A DNA stretch of 64,000 nucleotides, from positions 39,273 to 103,272 of IMG/VR virus record IMGVR_UViG_3300002835_000068. The stretch is one strand, 5' to 3'. This DNA comes from a virus. Shown one piece after another: positions 21,873-30,212 of this stretch (its first letter is position 1; every line of letters begins with the position of its first letter). Both the position numbers and the translations under genes were made by a program. The notes under the pieces are model-generated. The model saw only the letters and a list, made by a program, of their open reading frames with translations, was not told the DNA's origin and did no database searches.

Positions 21873-22149
21873 AAAAAGTGAAAGCAAAAGGATTGGGGCT
21901 AAGCAGCACAAGAACTCTGGTCGTAACACCCAAAAGGGAGATGCTTCTTGGAAAAACTTTGTTGTAGATTTTAAAGAGGTTGGAAAATCTTTTACTTTAA
22001 ATAAAGAGGTTTGGGCAAAGGCTACCACCGATGCTATGAAGAATGGCAAGGATCCAGCAATAGTTGTAGTAATAGGCGAGGGTAACTCAAAGGTAAGACT
22101 TGCAATAATTGAAATGTCAATTCTTGAGAATCTAACTGATGGTGTATAA
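21865..22149 (+). CDS. Small PD-(D/E)xK nuclease / Holliday junction resolvase-like
   Basis: NSGR..KGDA....VVDFKE. Confidence 0.7.
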   Translation: MTEKSESKRIGAKQHKNSGRNTQKGDASWKNFVVDFKEVGKSFTLNKEVWAKATTDAMKNGKDPAIVVVIGEGNSKVRLAIIEMSILENLTDGV

Positions 22150-22156
22150 TAAGAGT

Positions 22157-22789
22157 ATGGCAAACAATAGTTATAAAGAAAATGTATTTACTGAAGAAGA
22201 AATTAAGGATATAGAGACAAACATCTCAAATGAACTTAAAAGTAGAGAGCATGTTGAATGGTCAGATGCTCTTATGGGTAATACACATACAGAAAACCTT
22301 GTTAGAATTAAAAGAGATTTTCTTGGAAGGATTGAAATTAATAACCTACCAATGCCAGACTCAGTTATTGAAAAGGTTTTAAAACTTGCAAAAGATATGT
22401 ATCAACTAGAAACTTCACACCCTCAAAATATTAGTGGTATAACGTACGTTGAGTATAATCCAAAATATGGTACACCATCTTTAAATGTTCATAAAGATAA
22501 TGGGTCCTGTGGCTTTATATTGGATTATCAACTTGCTTCAAACATATCTTGGCCATTTGGTGTTGAGGAGTCGACATACGTCTTGTCAGATAATTCTATT
22601 TTGGCTATGTATCCAACCACACATTATCATTGGAGACCAAGTATTAAATGGAGTGAGGGTAACTTTGTTAGACTTATATTCTTTGAGTTTTTTACTCCAG
22701 GGCTAATAAAGGTTGAAGATCCAGAAAAGTATCAAAGTGCTTTGAGTTTTGCCAATAGTTTTGTACAGGAGGATAAGAATGAAGTATGA
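22157..22789 (+). CDS. 2OG-Fe(II) oxygenase-like protein (paralog 1 of 3)
   Basis: LNVHKD...DYQL...WP...HWRP; TATAAT 6 nt before ATG 22157. Confidence 0.65.
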   Translation: MANNSYKENVFTEEEIKDIETNISNELKSREHVEWSDALMGNTHTENLVRIKRDFLGRIEINNLPMPDSVIEKVLKLAKDMYQLETSHPQNISGITYVEYNPKYGTPSLNVHKDNGSCGFILDYQLASNISWPFGVEESTYVLSDNSILAMYPTTHYHWRPSIKWSEGNFVRLIFFEFFTPGLIKVEDPEKYQSALSFANSFVQEDKNEV

Positions 22790-23369
22790 TGAAGTAAATA
22801 CGATTGTTGACTCAGTTTTAACTGAAGAAGAAATTAAAATGATTTATTCGTTAGTTGAAAAGTCTAACGAGGGCTACCTAATGGAACTGTTTAATCAAAA
22901 AATATCAAACTTTCCATTACCAGAAGATATATCTAAAAAAATAATTAGTAAATGTGAGGAGTTGTCTGGGGAGTCAGGATTGGAGATATCTGAGTACCAG
23001 TTTTCTAAATATGAAAAAACAACAGATGAAAATGGAAAGACAAGGTATCCAAACCTATTCCCTCATTTTGACGACACCTTTCCAGAGCCAAGGTTCACCT
23101 TTGACTATCAGATAGGTGGTAATACTACCTGGCCACTAGTAGTTGAAGGCAGTGTCTTTGAGTTAAAAAATAATCAGGCTTTAACATTTTCTGGAACACA
23201 CCAGATTCATTGGAGAGTAAAAAAAGATTTTAAAGATGGAGAAAGAATAGATATGATTTTCTTCCATCTCAGAAAAAGAGGCGGGGATAAAAAAGACCCT
23301 TCTGTAAACGAAACAATGAATGCTAAAGAGGGAAAGTTTAGAAAGATGTACGATCAGGGGAATAACTAA
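22779..23369 (+). CDS. 2OG-Fe(II) oxygenase-like protein (paralog 2 of 3)
   Basis: LFPHFD...DYQI...WP...HWR. Confidence 0.7.
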   Translation: MKYDEVNTIVDSVLTEEEIKMIYSLVEKSNEGYLMELFNQKISNFPLPEDISKKIISKCEELSGESGLEISEYQFSKYEKTTDENGKTRYPNLFPHFDDTFPEPRFTFDYQIGGNTTWPLVVEGSVFELKNNQALTFSGTHQIHWRVKKDFKDGERIDMIFFHLRKRGGDKKDPSVNETMNAKEGKFRKMYDQGNN

Positions 23370-23370
23370 A

Positions 23371-24159
23371 ATGGCAGAAATGCATAACTACCTAACACCA
23401 ATGGATAAGTATTCAAAAAGACTGCCTTTTTATATAGACAACTTATTTGATTCAGACCAAGTTTTAAGAATTAAATCTCTTTTAGAAGAGAACAGAAAAC
23501 TAGAACCTTTTATCATTGGTGACAGAATTGAAGATGGATACATAAGAACTTCTGAATTTAGAAGTAGGTATCAGCCAAAGATTGCAAAGAATATGTCAAG
23601 AACTTTGATCGAGTTTGATATGCCAGAAGACTGTGAGAAGGTTTTGGATAGCATTGCTAAGCCGTTGTATGACGGTGATATAGCGCTATGTCACTATAAC
23701 TATATTGACTACAATATTAAGTATGGGTATGGAGACAATAGCCCAGCGCTACCACCACACCTTGATGCAGATGAGAACCTTATAACTATTAACTACTGCC
23801 TTGATACAAATATTGACTGGGACCTTTACATAAGTACCCCAGAAGATTCTTCTAAATTTGAAAAGTATACACTGACTGCTGGTCAAACCATTGTCTTTAG
23901 TGCTGTTAATCAAATTCACTGGAGACCAAAAAGAAAATTTAAAGAAGGGGAGTTCTGTGAGATTATTAGCATGGATTACTGCCCAACTACCAACTATAGG
24001 TTTACTGGAGAGGACAATCCTATTGATCCAGAAAAAAGCCCAATGAAAAGAAAAGAGTATCTAGATAAGTTACAGTCTCGCCAAGAGATGATGGCTGCAT
24101 TTAATTTATGGAACGAAGAGGGTCTTCGTGACGGTATTGACATGAAATCGATGGGGTAA
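23371..24159 (+). CDS. 2OG-Fe(II) oxygenase-like protein (paralog 3 of 3)
   Basis: LPPHLD...WD...HWRP. Confidence 0.7.
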   Translation: MAEMHNYLTPMDKYSKRLPFYIDNLFDSDQVLRIKSLLEENRKLEPFIIGDRIEDGYIRTSEFRSRYQPKIAKNMSRTLIEFDMPEDCEKVLDSIAKPLYDGDIALCHYNYIDYNIKYGYGDNSPALPPHLDADENLITINYCLDTNIDWDLYISTPEDSSKFEKYTLTAGQTIVFSAVNQIHWRPKRKFKEGEFCEIISMDYCPTTNYRFTGEDNPIDPEKSPMKRKEYLDKLQSRQEMMAAFNLWNEEGLRDGIDMKSMG

Positions 24160-24161
24160 AC

Positions 24162-24467
24162 ATGGAACAACAAGGTACAACAATAGATATGGTAAACGGT
24201 CTAGCAGAGATTGCAGACTACATGCAGGATGAGGAGTTAACAGTAGCGCTTACAATGATAGCCAAGTTAATTATTAAGCCAGACATTCCTTTGAACGTAG
24301 CACACGTAGAGATAGTACGGCTTCAAGCAATAGCAGCAAAGATGGCTTTTAAGGCTACATGGATGGCTAATGTTGATAAGTCAGATCGTGGAAAGAAGAA
24401 TCTTTATTATACTGCAGCAGAGTCTCTTAATAATTTAGTGTCTGCACTCAAATATATAACCCGTTAA
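24162..24467 (+). CDS. Hypothetical protein
   Basis: 101 aa helical ORF. Confidence 0.6.
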   Translation: MEQQGTTIDMVNGLAEIADYMQDEELTVALTMIAKLIIKPDIPLNVAHVEIVRLQAIAAKMAFKATWMANVDKSDRGKKNLYYTAAESLNNLVSALKYITR

Positions 24468-24502
24468 TCTGCTATACTTATACTAATAGAAACGAGTAAA
24501 AC

Positions 24503-25303
24503 ATGACAAAAAGTTTATTACAGCAGATTATGGTTAAACAGGAAAAGCCACCAGTGCACTCAGTAGATGTTGCTGGTTTGACTGAAAAGATTCAGTCTGG
24601 ATATATTGTAAACCGAATTGATAAGCAAACACAGAAGAAAACCTTTGCCCCATCTACAATTGCCTACGGGCATGGAGAGTGTCCAAGGTATTGGTATCTT
24701 GCATTTGATGGTCAAATGTTTGAGGATGATGCAACACCATATAGTGCAGCAAACATGACTGCAGGAACAAAATCTCACGAAAGAATTCAGGAAGCCATGG
24801 GCAACGTTCCAGACTTTCTTGTTGACTCTGAGTTTAAAATTACAAACAATGATCCACCAATCTTTGGATATGGGGACGTTATTGTAAATTGGCAGGGAGA
24901 AGAACTCCTTGGGGAAATCAAGACAATGATGAATGAAGGGTTTGAATACCGTAAGGCACACAACAAACCTAAGAGCGGTCACCTAATTCAGTTATTGATT
25001 TATATGAAGATTCTAAAGAAGGCTAAGGCAGTTCTTATTTATGAGAACAAGAATAACCATGAGTTGCTAATCCTTCCAGTAGAAGTTAATGATTATTATC
25101 GTCGGTGGGTAGACCAGACGTTTGAATGGATGAGATCAGTTCGTAAGGCTTGGGTCGACAGAACCCTACCTGAAAAGAACTATCGCTCAAATTCAAAAAT
25201 TTGCAAATCATGTCCAATTAAAAAGGCATGTGCAGAGGCTGGTAAGGGAGACTTTAAACTAAAGTCCTTGGAGCCACTAGATGAAACACTGCCAATGGTG
25301 TGA
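24503..25303 (+). CDS. Cas4/RecB-like exonuclease (PD-(D/E)xK with probable Fe-S cysteines)
   Basis: CPRYWY, GTKSH, GYGD, EIKT, QLLIY, CKSCPIKKAC. Confidence 0.85.
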   Translation: MTKSLLQQIMVKQEKPPVHSVDVAGLTEKIQSGYIVNRIDKQTQKKTFAPSTIAYGHGECPRYWYLAFDGQMFEDDATPYSAANMTAGTKSHERIQEAMGNVPDFLVDSEFKITNNDPPIFGYGDVIVNWQGEELLGEIKTMMNEGFEYRKAHNKPKSGHLIQLLIYMKILKKAKAVLIYENKNNHELLILPVEVNDYYRRWVDQTFEWMRSVRKAWVDRTLPEKNYRSNSKICKSCPIKKACAEAGKGDFKLKSLEPLDETLPMV

Positions 25304-25556
25304 TAAACAATTTAAAACAGATATAACATATCAAATATACTGTTCACCAGAGTGCAGAGATATGTCTACTAAAGAAAAAATTGCTGCAAGGTATATGATT
25401 TCTAGACGACAAAAAAGAAAAGGCAAGGAAAGAAATTGCAAGTCATGTAAAGAACCTTTATCAATATATAACGATGAAAGTCTTTGTGTTAAGTGCAATG
25501 TAAATCCTTCAGATGTTGCAAAAGCATTAAAAGAAATTAAGGATAATCTAAAATGA
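25281..25556 (+). CDS. Cys-rich zinc-finger protein
   Basis: CQWC, YCSPEC, CKSC, CVKC. Confidence 0.7.
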   Translation: MKHCQWCDKQFKTDITYQIYCSPECRDMSTKEKIAARYMISRRQKRKGKERNCKSCKEPLSIYNDESLCVKCNVNPSDVAKALKEIKDNLK

Positions 25557-26149
25557 AATTAGCAGAGGCAATAGGGATAAAAATCCCAAAGACTATTTGT
25601 GCTATTGATGCAAGCACTAATAGCCTTGCCTTTGCTATTTTTAACACAGAGAAAAAAACCTTAGAGTCAGTTGGCAAGATTACCTTTAAAGGAAAAGACA
25701 CCTATGAAAAGGTTATGGACGCAGGACAAAAAGTTAAACTATTTATTGACATGTATGGTGGCTTTGAGGCAATAATTATTGAGCATACTGTTTTTATGAA
25801 TAGTCCTAAAACTGCTGCTGACCTTGCTTTGGTTCAGGGGGCAATACTTGGGTCTGCTGGACAGTCTGGTACCAAGATTATTGGAAAGGTTTCCCCAATA
25901 ACTTGGCAAAACTTTATCGGAAATAAAAAGATCTCTAAAGAAGAGCAACTTATTATTCGTGCACAAACCCCAGGAAAATCTGAATCATACTATAAAGCCT
26001 ACGAGAGAATGCTTCGCAAAGAAAGAACAATAAACTTTATTAATATTAATTATGATAGGTCTATTACAGATAACGATGTGGCAGATGCTTGTGGAATTGG
26101 CCACTGGGCACTATCAAACTGGGGTAAGGCAATTGGAGTTGACAAATAA
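25553..26149 (+). CDS. RuvC-like Holliday junction resolvase
   Basis: AIDAS, IIEH, SPITWQ, NDVADACGI. Confidence 0.8.
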   Translation: MKLAEAIGIKIPKTICAIDASTNSLAFAIFNTEKKTLESVGKITFKGKDTYEKVMDAGQKVKLFIDMYGGFEAIIIEHTVFMNSPKTAADLALVQGAILGSAGQSGTKIIGKVSPITWQNFIGNKKISKEEQLIIRAQTPGKSESYYKAYERMLRKERTINFININYDRSITDNDVADACGIGHWALSNWGKAIGVDK

Positions 26150-26153
26150 TACT

Positions 26154-26309
26154 ATGGCTGCTAAACTATATACAAGTGAAGTCTTTATGCGTAAGAGGTA
26201 TCTTGTGGATAAAAAGACTCCAGAAGAGATTGCAAAGGAGTGCGGATCTAGTGTTGAAACTATATACGTATACCTTGCTAAATTTGGATTAAGGAAATCA
26301 AAAAGATGA
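26154..26309 (+). CDS. Small HTH protein
   Basis: TPEEIAKECGSSVETIYVYLAKFGL. Confidence 0.7.
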   Translation: MAAKLYTSEVFMRKRYLVDKKTPEEIAKECGSSVETIYVYLAKFGLRKSKR

Positions 26310-26428
26310 AAAAGATTAAATATGTAGCGTTTGTTCTATCATTGGTAGCAGCGGTAGGAATTGCATATGCAACTGCAACTCTTAAAGGGTTTCCAGATGC
26401 ATTTGATATGGAGGAAGATGATGAGTGA
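26306..26428 (+). CDS. Small membrane protein, 40 aa (not in ORF track)
   Basis: MKKIKYVAFVLSLVAAVGIAYA...; ATGA coupling. Confidence 0.55.
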   Translation: MKKIKYVAFVLSLVAAVGIAYATATLKGFPDAFDMEEDDE

Positions 26429-26669
26429 AAACTTAAACATAACTGTTGATCAAGTCAACCACCCAGCCCACTATACTACAGACCCTTCTGGAGTAGAATG
26501 TATTCAAATTACACGTCATCGTAACTTTAACATTGGTAATGCTTTTAAGTATTTGTGGAGAGCAGGAATCAAGGATGAATCAAAAACCATCCAGGATCTT
26601 GAGAAAGCCATCTTTTATATCAAAGACGAAATCAACAGATTAGAAGGTAAGTATGTCAACCGAAGATGA
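26421..26669 (+). CDS. DUF3310-like (T7 gp1.7 nucleotide-kinase-like) protein
   Basis: VNHPAHY...GVECI...GNAFKYLWRAG.K...DLEKA..Y. Confidence 0.8.
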   Translation: MSENLNITVDQVNHPAHYTTDPSGVECIQITRHRNFNIGNAFKYLWRAGIKDESKTIQDLEKAIFYIKDEINRLEGKYVNRR

Positions 26670-27189
26670 TTTAGTTAAGCACCTTGATCAGGTAAACCTG
26701 GTAGTAGAAGAATACCTAAAAGGTAACGATCCTACAGTAATTTCAAAGCAACTGGATATACCAAGAACAAAGGTTGTTACACTAATCAATGAATGGAAAG
26801 TCATGGCATCTGCTAATGATGCTATTCGTGCCCGTGCCAAAGAAGCACTTGCAGCAGCAGATACACACTATAGCAAGTTGGTTTCACGCACATACGAGGT
26901 GATTGATGAAGCCTCTATGACTAACAATCTTAGTGCAAAGACTGCAGCAATTAAACTTGTTATGGACATTGAGTCCAAAAGAATTGACATGTTGCAAAAG
27001 GCTGGCCTGCTTGAAAACAAAGAACTTGCAGAAGAGATGATTGAAATTGAGCGTCGCCAAGAAGTTCTTGTTTCTATATTAAAGGACATTGCTTCAGAGT
27101 ATCCACAGGTTCGTGATGAGATTATGCGTAGACTTTCTTCATTTGCAAAAGACAACGAGGTGATTACAGTTGTCCACGATGTTCAATGA
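26653..27189 (+). CDS. Terminase small subunit (putative)
   Basis: N-terminal HTH plus coiled coil, directly upstream of TerL. Confidence 0.65.
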   Translation: MSTEDDLVKHLDQVNLVVEEYLKGNDPTVISKQLDIPRTKVVTLINEWKVMASANDAIRARAKEALAAADTHYSKLVSRTYEVIDEASMTNNLSAKTAAIKLVMDIESKRIDMLQKAGLLENKELAEEMIEIERRQEVLVSILKDIASEYPQVRDEIMRRLSSFAKDNEVITVVHDVQ

Positions 27190-28951
27190 GTTTTTAGAAG
27201 CACTACAAGATGATCACTTTCAAGAGATTCCAGTAGACGCAAGAACATTTGTAGAGGGAGAAGCATACCTTGGCCAACCTCCACTGTCAGATATTCAGTA
27301 CGACATTGTAGAAGCCATGAGCCAGATCTATCGTAAAGAAGATCTTATAAATTTGCTGGGGGAAGAAAAAGGAAACCAATATTATAATAAGTATACTAAG
27401 AACGAAATCATTCTGCAACTTGGCAAGGGATCTGGAAAAGACTTTACATCAACAGTAGCATGCTCATACATCGTATATAAACTTCTATGTTTAAAAGACC
27501 CAGCAAAATATTTTGGTAAGCCCTCTGGAGATGCTATTGACCTTATCAATGTGGCTATTAACGCTCAACAAGCAAAAAATGTTTTCTTTAAAGGTTTTAA
27601 GACCAAGATTGAAAAGTCTCCTTGGTTTGTTGGAAAGTACAATGCTAAGGCAGACTCAGTTGAGTTTGATAAGTCTATTACAGTTTATTCTGGTCACTCA
27701 GAAAGAGAGTCTCATGAGGGTTTAAACCTTCTTCTTGCTGTTCTTGATGAAATCTCTGGCTTTGCTTCTGAGATTGGAACAGGAAATGATCAGGGTAAGA
27801 CTGCTGACAATATCTACAGAGCATTCCGTGCTTCAGTAGATTCTCGCTTTCCTGACTTAGGCAAGGTTGTTTTGCTTTCATTCCCAAGATATCCAGGAGA
27901 CTTTATTTCAGAAAGATATGATGCTGTAATTGCTGAAAAAGAGTCAATTGAAAAGACTCACAGGTTTATTATCAATCCAATCTTGCCAGAAGATGATCCA
28001 GATAACTATTTTGATATTTCCTGGGATGAAGATCAAATTCTTTCATATAAATATCCAGGAGTCTTCGCATTAAAGAAACCAACATGGGAAGTAAACCCTA
28101 CAAGAAAGATTGATGATTTTAAGATTGCATTTTTAACAGACATAGGAGATGCAATGCAAAGATTTGCATGCGTTCCAACTTTTGCATCAGATGCCTTTTT
28201 TAAGCAGTCTGAAAAAGTAAGAGCCTGTATGACATTGAGAAACCCTGTAGATAACTTTAGAAGGTTTGATGAATCTTTTAAACCAGATCCAGACAAGGTT
28301 TATTATGTTCATGCTGACCTTGCACAAAAGCATGACAAGTGTGCTGTTGCTATTGCTCACGTAGATAAATGGGTAAATATTCAGGTAATTAATAACTATG
28401 AACAAGTAGCACCAATTGTTGTGGTAGATGCAGTAGCCTGGTGGGAGCCAAAGGTTGAAGGACCTGTTAACCTATCTGAAGTAAAGATGTGGATTCAAAA
28501 CCTTCGTAGGCTTGGATTTAATATTGGAATGGTTTCCTTTGACCGCTGGCAGTCATTCGATATTCAAAATGAGTTAAAGCAGGTAGGAATGAGAACTGAT
28601 ACTGTTTCTGTTGCCAAAAAACATTATGAAGATATGGCTATGCTTGTCTATGAGGAAAGACTGGCTATGCCAGCAATCGAACTATTGTTCGATGAACTAA
28701 CCCAGTTAAAGATTATGAAAAATAACAGAGTTGACCACCCACGAAAGAAGTCAAAAGACCTGGCAGATGCCGTGTGTGGAGCAATATTTGGGGCAATATC
28801 ACATACCCCAAAAGACCAAAATATGGTGGTCGAAGTTCATACCATTAGTGATCGACCTAAGCAGGTTGACACAGGTAGAGACAATGTGATAGAATATAAA
28901 CCTATGCCAGATGATGTAAAAGATTATCTGGATAGATTCAATCTACTATAA
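27170..28951 (+). CDS. terL: Terminase large subunit
   Basis: GKGSGKD Walker A, VLDE Walker B, HADLA and KDLADAV nuclease motifs. Confidence 0.9.
   Translation: MSTMFNEFLEALQDDHFQEIPVDARTFVEGEAYLGQPPLSDIQYDIVEAMSQIYRKEDLINLLGEEKGNQYYNKYTKNEIILQLGKGSGKDFTSTVACSYIVYKLLCLKDPAKYFGKPSGDAIDLINVAINAQQAKNVFFKGFKTKIEKSPWFVGKYNAKADSVEFDKSITVYSGHSERESHEGLNLLLAVLDEISGFASEIGTGNDQGKTADNIYRAFRASVDSRFPDLGKVVLLSFPRYPGDFISERYDAVIAEKESIEKTHRFIINPILPEDDPDNYFDISWDEDQILSYKYPGVFALKKPTWEVNPTRKIDDFKIAFLTDIGDAMQRFACVPTFASDAFFKQSEKVRACMTLRNPVDNFRRFDESFKPDPDKVYYVHADLAQKHDKCAVAIAHVDKWVNIQVINNYEQVAPIVVVDAVAWWEPKVEGPVNLSEVKMWIQNLRRLGFNIGMVSFDRWQSFDIQNELKQVGMRTDTVSVAKKHYEDMAMLVYEERLAMPAIELLFDELTQLKIMKNNRVDHPRKKSKDLADAVCGAIFGAISHTPKDQNMVVEVHTISDRPKQVDTGRDNVIEYKPMPDDVKDYLDRFNLL
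28866..28895 (+). promoter_or_regulatory. Sigma70/SigA-type promoter inside the terL 3' end, serving the 28969 gene
   Basis: TTGACA-18-TAGAAT with extended TG. Confidence 0.65.
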
Positions 28952-28968
28952 ATAAGGAGAAATACCGA

Positions 28969-30108
28969 ATGAATTCATTCAAGAAAATCGCACTAGCCAT
29001 GGTTGCAGCCATGACTTTGGGCACAATCGTAGCAACACCTGCAAGTGCTGCTGTAATGACAGTTGCTGTAGATCTTGCTGGAACGGCTAACACAACCGCT
29101 TCTTCAATTGCTACACCTGCTGCATTGCCAGTCCCTGCAGACAACACAGTTGACGCTGCTGACGCACTTAAGTTCGTCGCAACAGTTGACACAGGAACAG
29201 TCGTTTCTGTAGTGACAACAAACGCAACAATCGTGTCTGCATTACACACATCTGCTGCACCAGTAGCAGCGACATCAGGATCATCGTCATTGACAATCGC
29301 AACTGGTACAGGAACAACTGCAACATTCTATGTCTATACAAAGACAACAGCAATTGGCACAGTTGTAATCAACAACGGTGGAACAACCCTTACATACTAT
29401 GTACAGGGCACTGCTGGTAAGATCAACAACCTAACAGTAACCGCTCCAGTATCAGGTGCTGCAGGTACAAAGCAAGACATTCTAGTTACAGCAACAGACG
29501 TATTTGGAAACAAGGTTTCTGGTAAGTCCCTTACTGCAACAGTATTTGCTGCAACAGCAACACTTGATTCAGCAACAGCATCAACAGGTGCTACACTTTC
29601 AGACTTTGGAGTTGCAACATTTAAGGCAACACTTCCAACAGTTGGAACACGAGCACTAGTTATGTTTGCTCCAACAACATCAACAGATGCAGTTGCTGCA
29701 GCAGTTGTAGGCTTGACTGCTCCAACACTTGCTCCATTTGCAGAGATCACAGTCCGTGATCTTGTAGCAGAACTTGCTGCTCAGATTGCTGCTAAGACTG
29801 CAGCAGAAAAGGCTCTTGCAGATGCTCTTGCCAAGGCTGCAGCCGATTCTGCTACTGCTAAGTCAGTTGCAGATTCAAATGCGCTCACTGCAGCAGCAGA
29901 GATTGCTAAGTTAAAGGCAGAGGCTGTTTCAGCCAAGATTGCTTCAGACAAGGCTCTTGTTGACGCTATCGCTGCTAAGGATGCTCAGATTGCTAAGTTG
30001 ACTTCAGATAACACTGCTGCACTTGCATCACTAAAGAAGGCATTCAACACACTTGCAAACAAGTGGAACAAGAAGAATCCAAAGGCAAAGGTTACTTTAG
30101 TTAAGTAA
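28969..30108 (+). CDS. Secreted Ala/Thr-rich Ig-like / S-layer-like surface protein
   Basis: Signal peptide (MNSFKKIALAMVAAMTLGTIVATPASA), TATDVFGN Ig-like motif, coiled coil, basic C-terminus; strong SD. Confidence 0.65.
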   Translation: MNSFKKIALAMVAAMTLGTIVATPASAAVMTVAVDLAGTANTTASSIATPAALPVPADNTVDAADALKFVATVDTGTVVSVVTTNATIVSALHTSAAPVAATSGSSSLTIATGTGTTATFYVYTKTTAIGTVVINNGGTTLTYYVQGTAGKINNLTVTAPVSGAAGTKQDILVTATDVFGNKVSGKSLTATVFAATATLDSATASTGATLSDFGVATFKATLPTVGTRALVMFAPTTSTDAVAAAVVGLTAPTLAPFAEITVRDLVAELAAQIAAKTAAEKALADALAKAAADSATAKSVADSNALTAAAEIAKLKAEAVSAKIASDKALVDAIAAKDAQIAKLTSDNTAALASLKKAFNTLANKWNKKNPKAKVTLVK

Positions 30109-30121
30109 TTATTCCAACATT

Positions 30122-30154
30122 AAAGGGGTTGCCAATTACGGCAGCCCCTTTTTT
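30122..30154 (+). terminator. Rho-independent terminator
   Basis: AAAGGGGTTGCC-aattac-GGCAGCCCCTTT followed by a T run. Confidence 0.85.
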
Positions 30155-30212
30155 GTGCAATAAAATGGTATAATCATCCTATCAGACATGTCGTCTGCAA
30201 GGGGGAAAGGTA

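Noticed and set aside
24503-25303. Cas4-like gene as a CRISPR-Cas system
   Set aside because: No repeat-spacer array or other cas genes; solo Cas4-like nucleases are routine in phage recombination modules
14324-28951. Inteins or introns in DnaB, DnaE, RecA or TerL
   Set aside because: Lengths are normal, motifs are contiguous and no splice-junction signatures were seen
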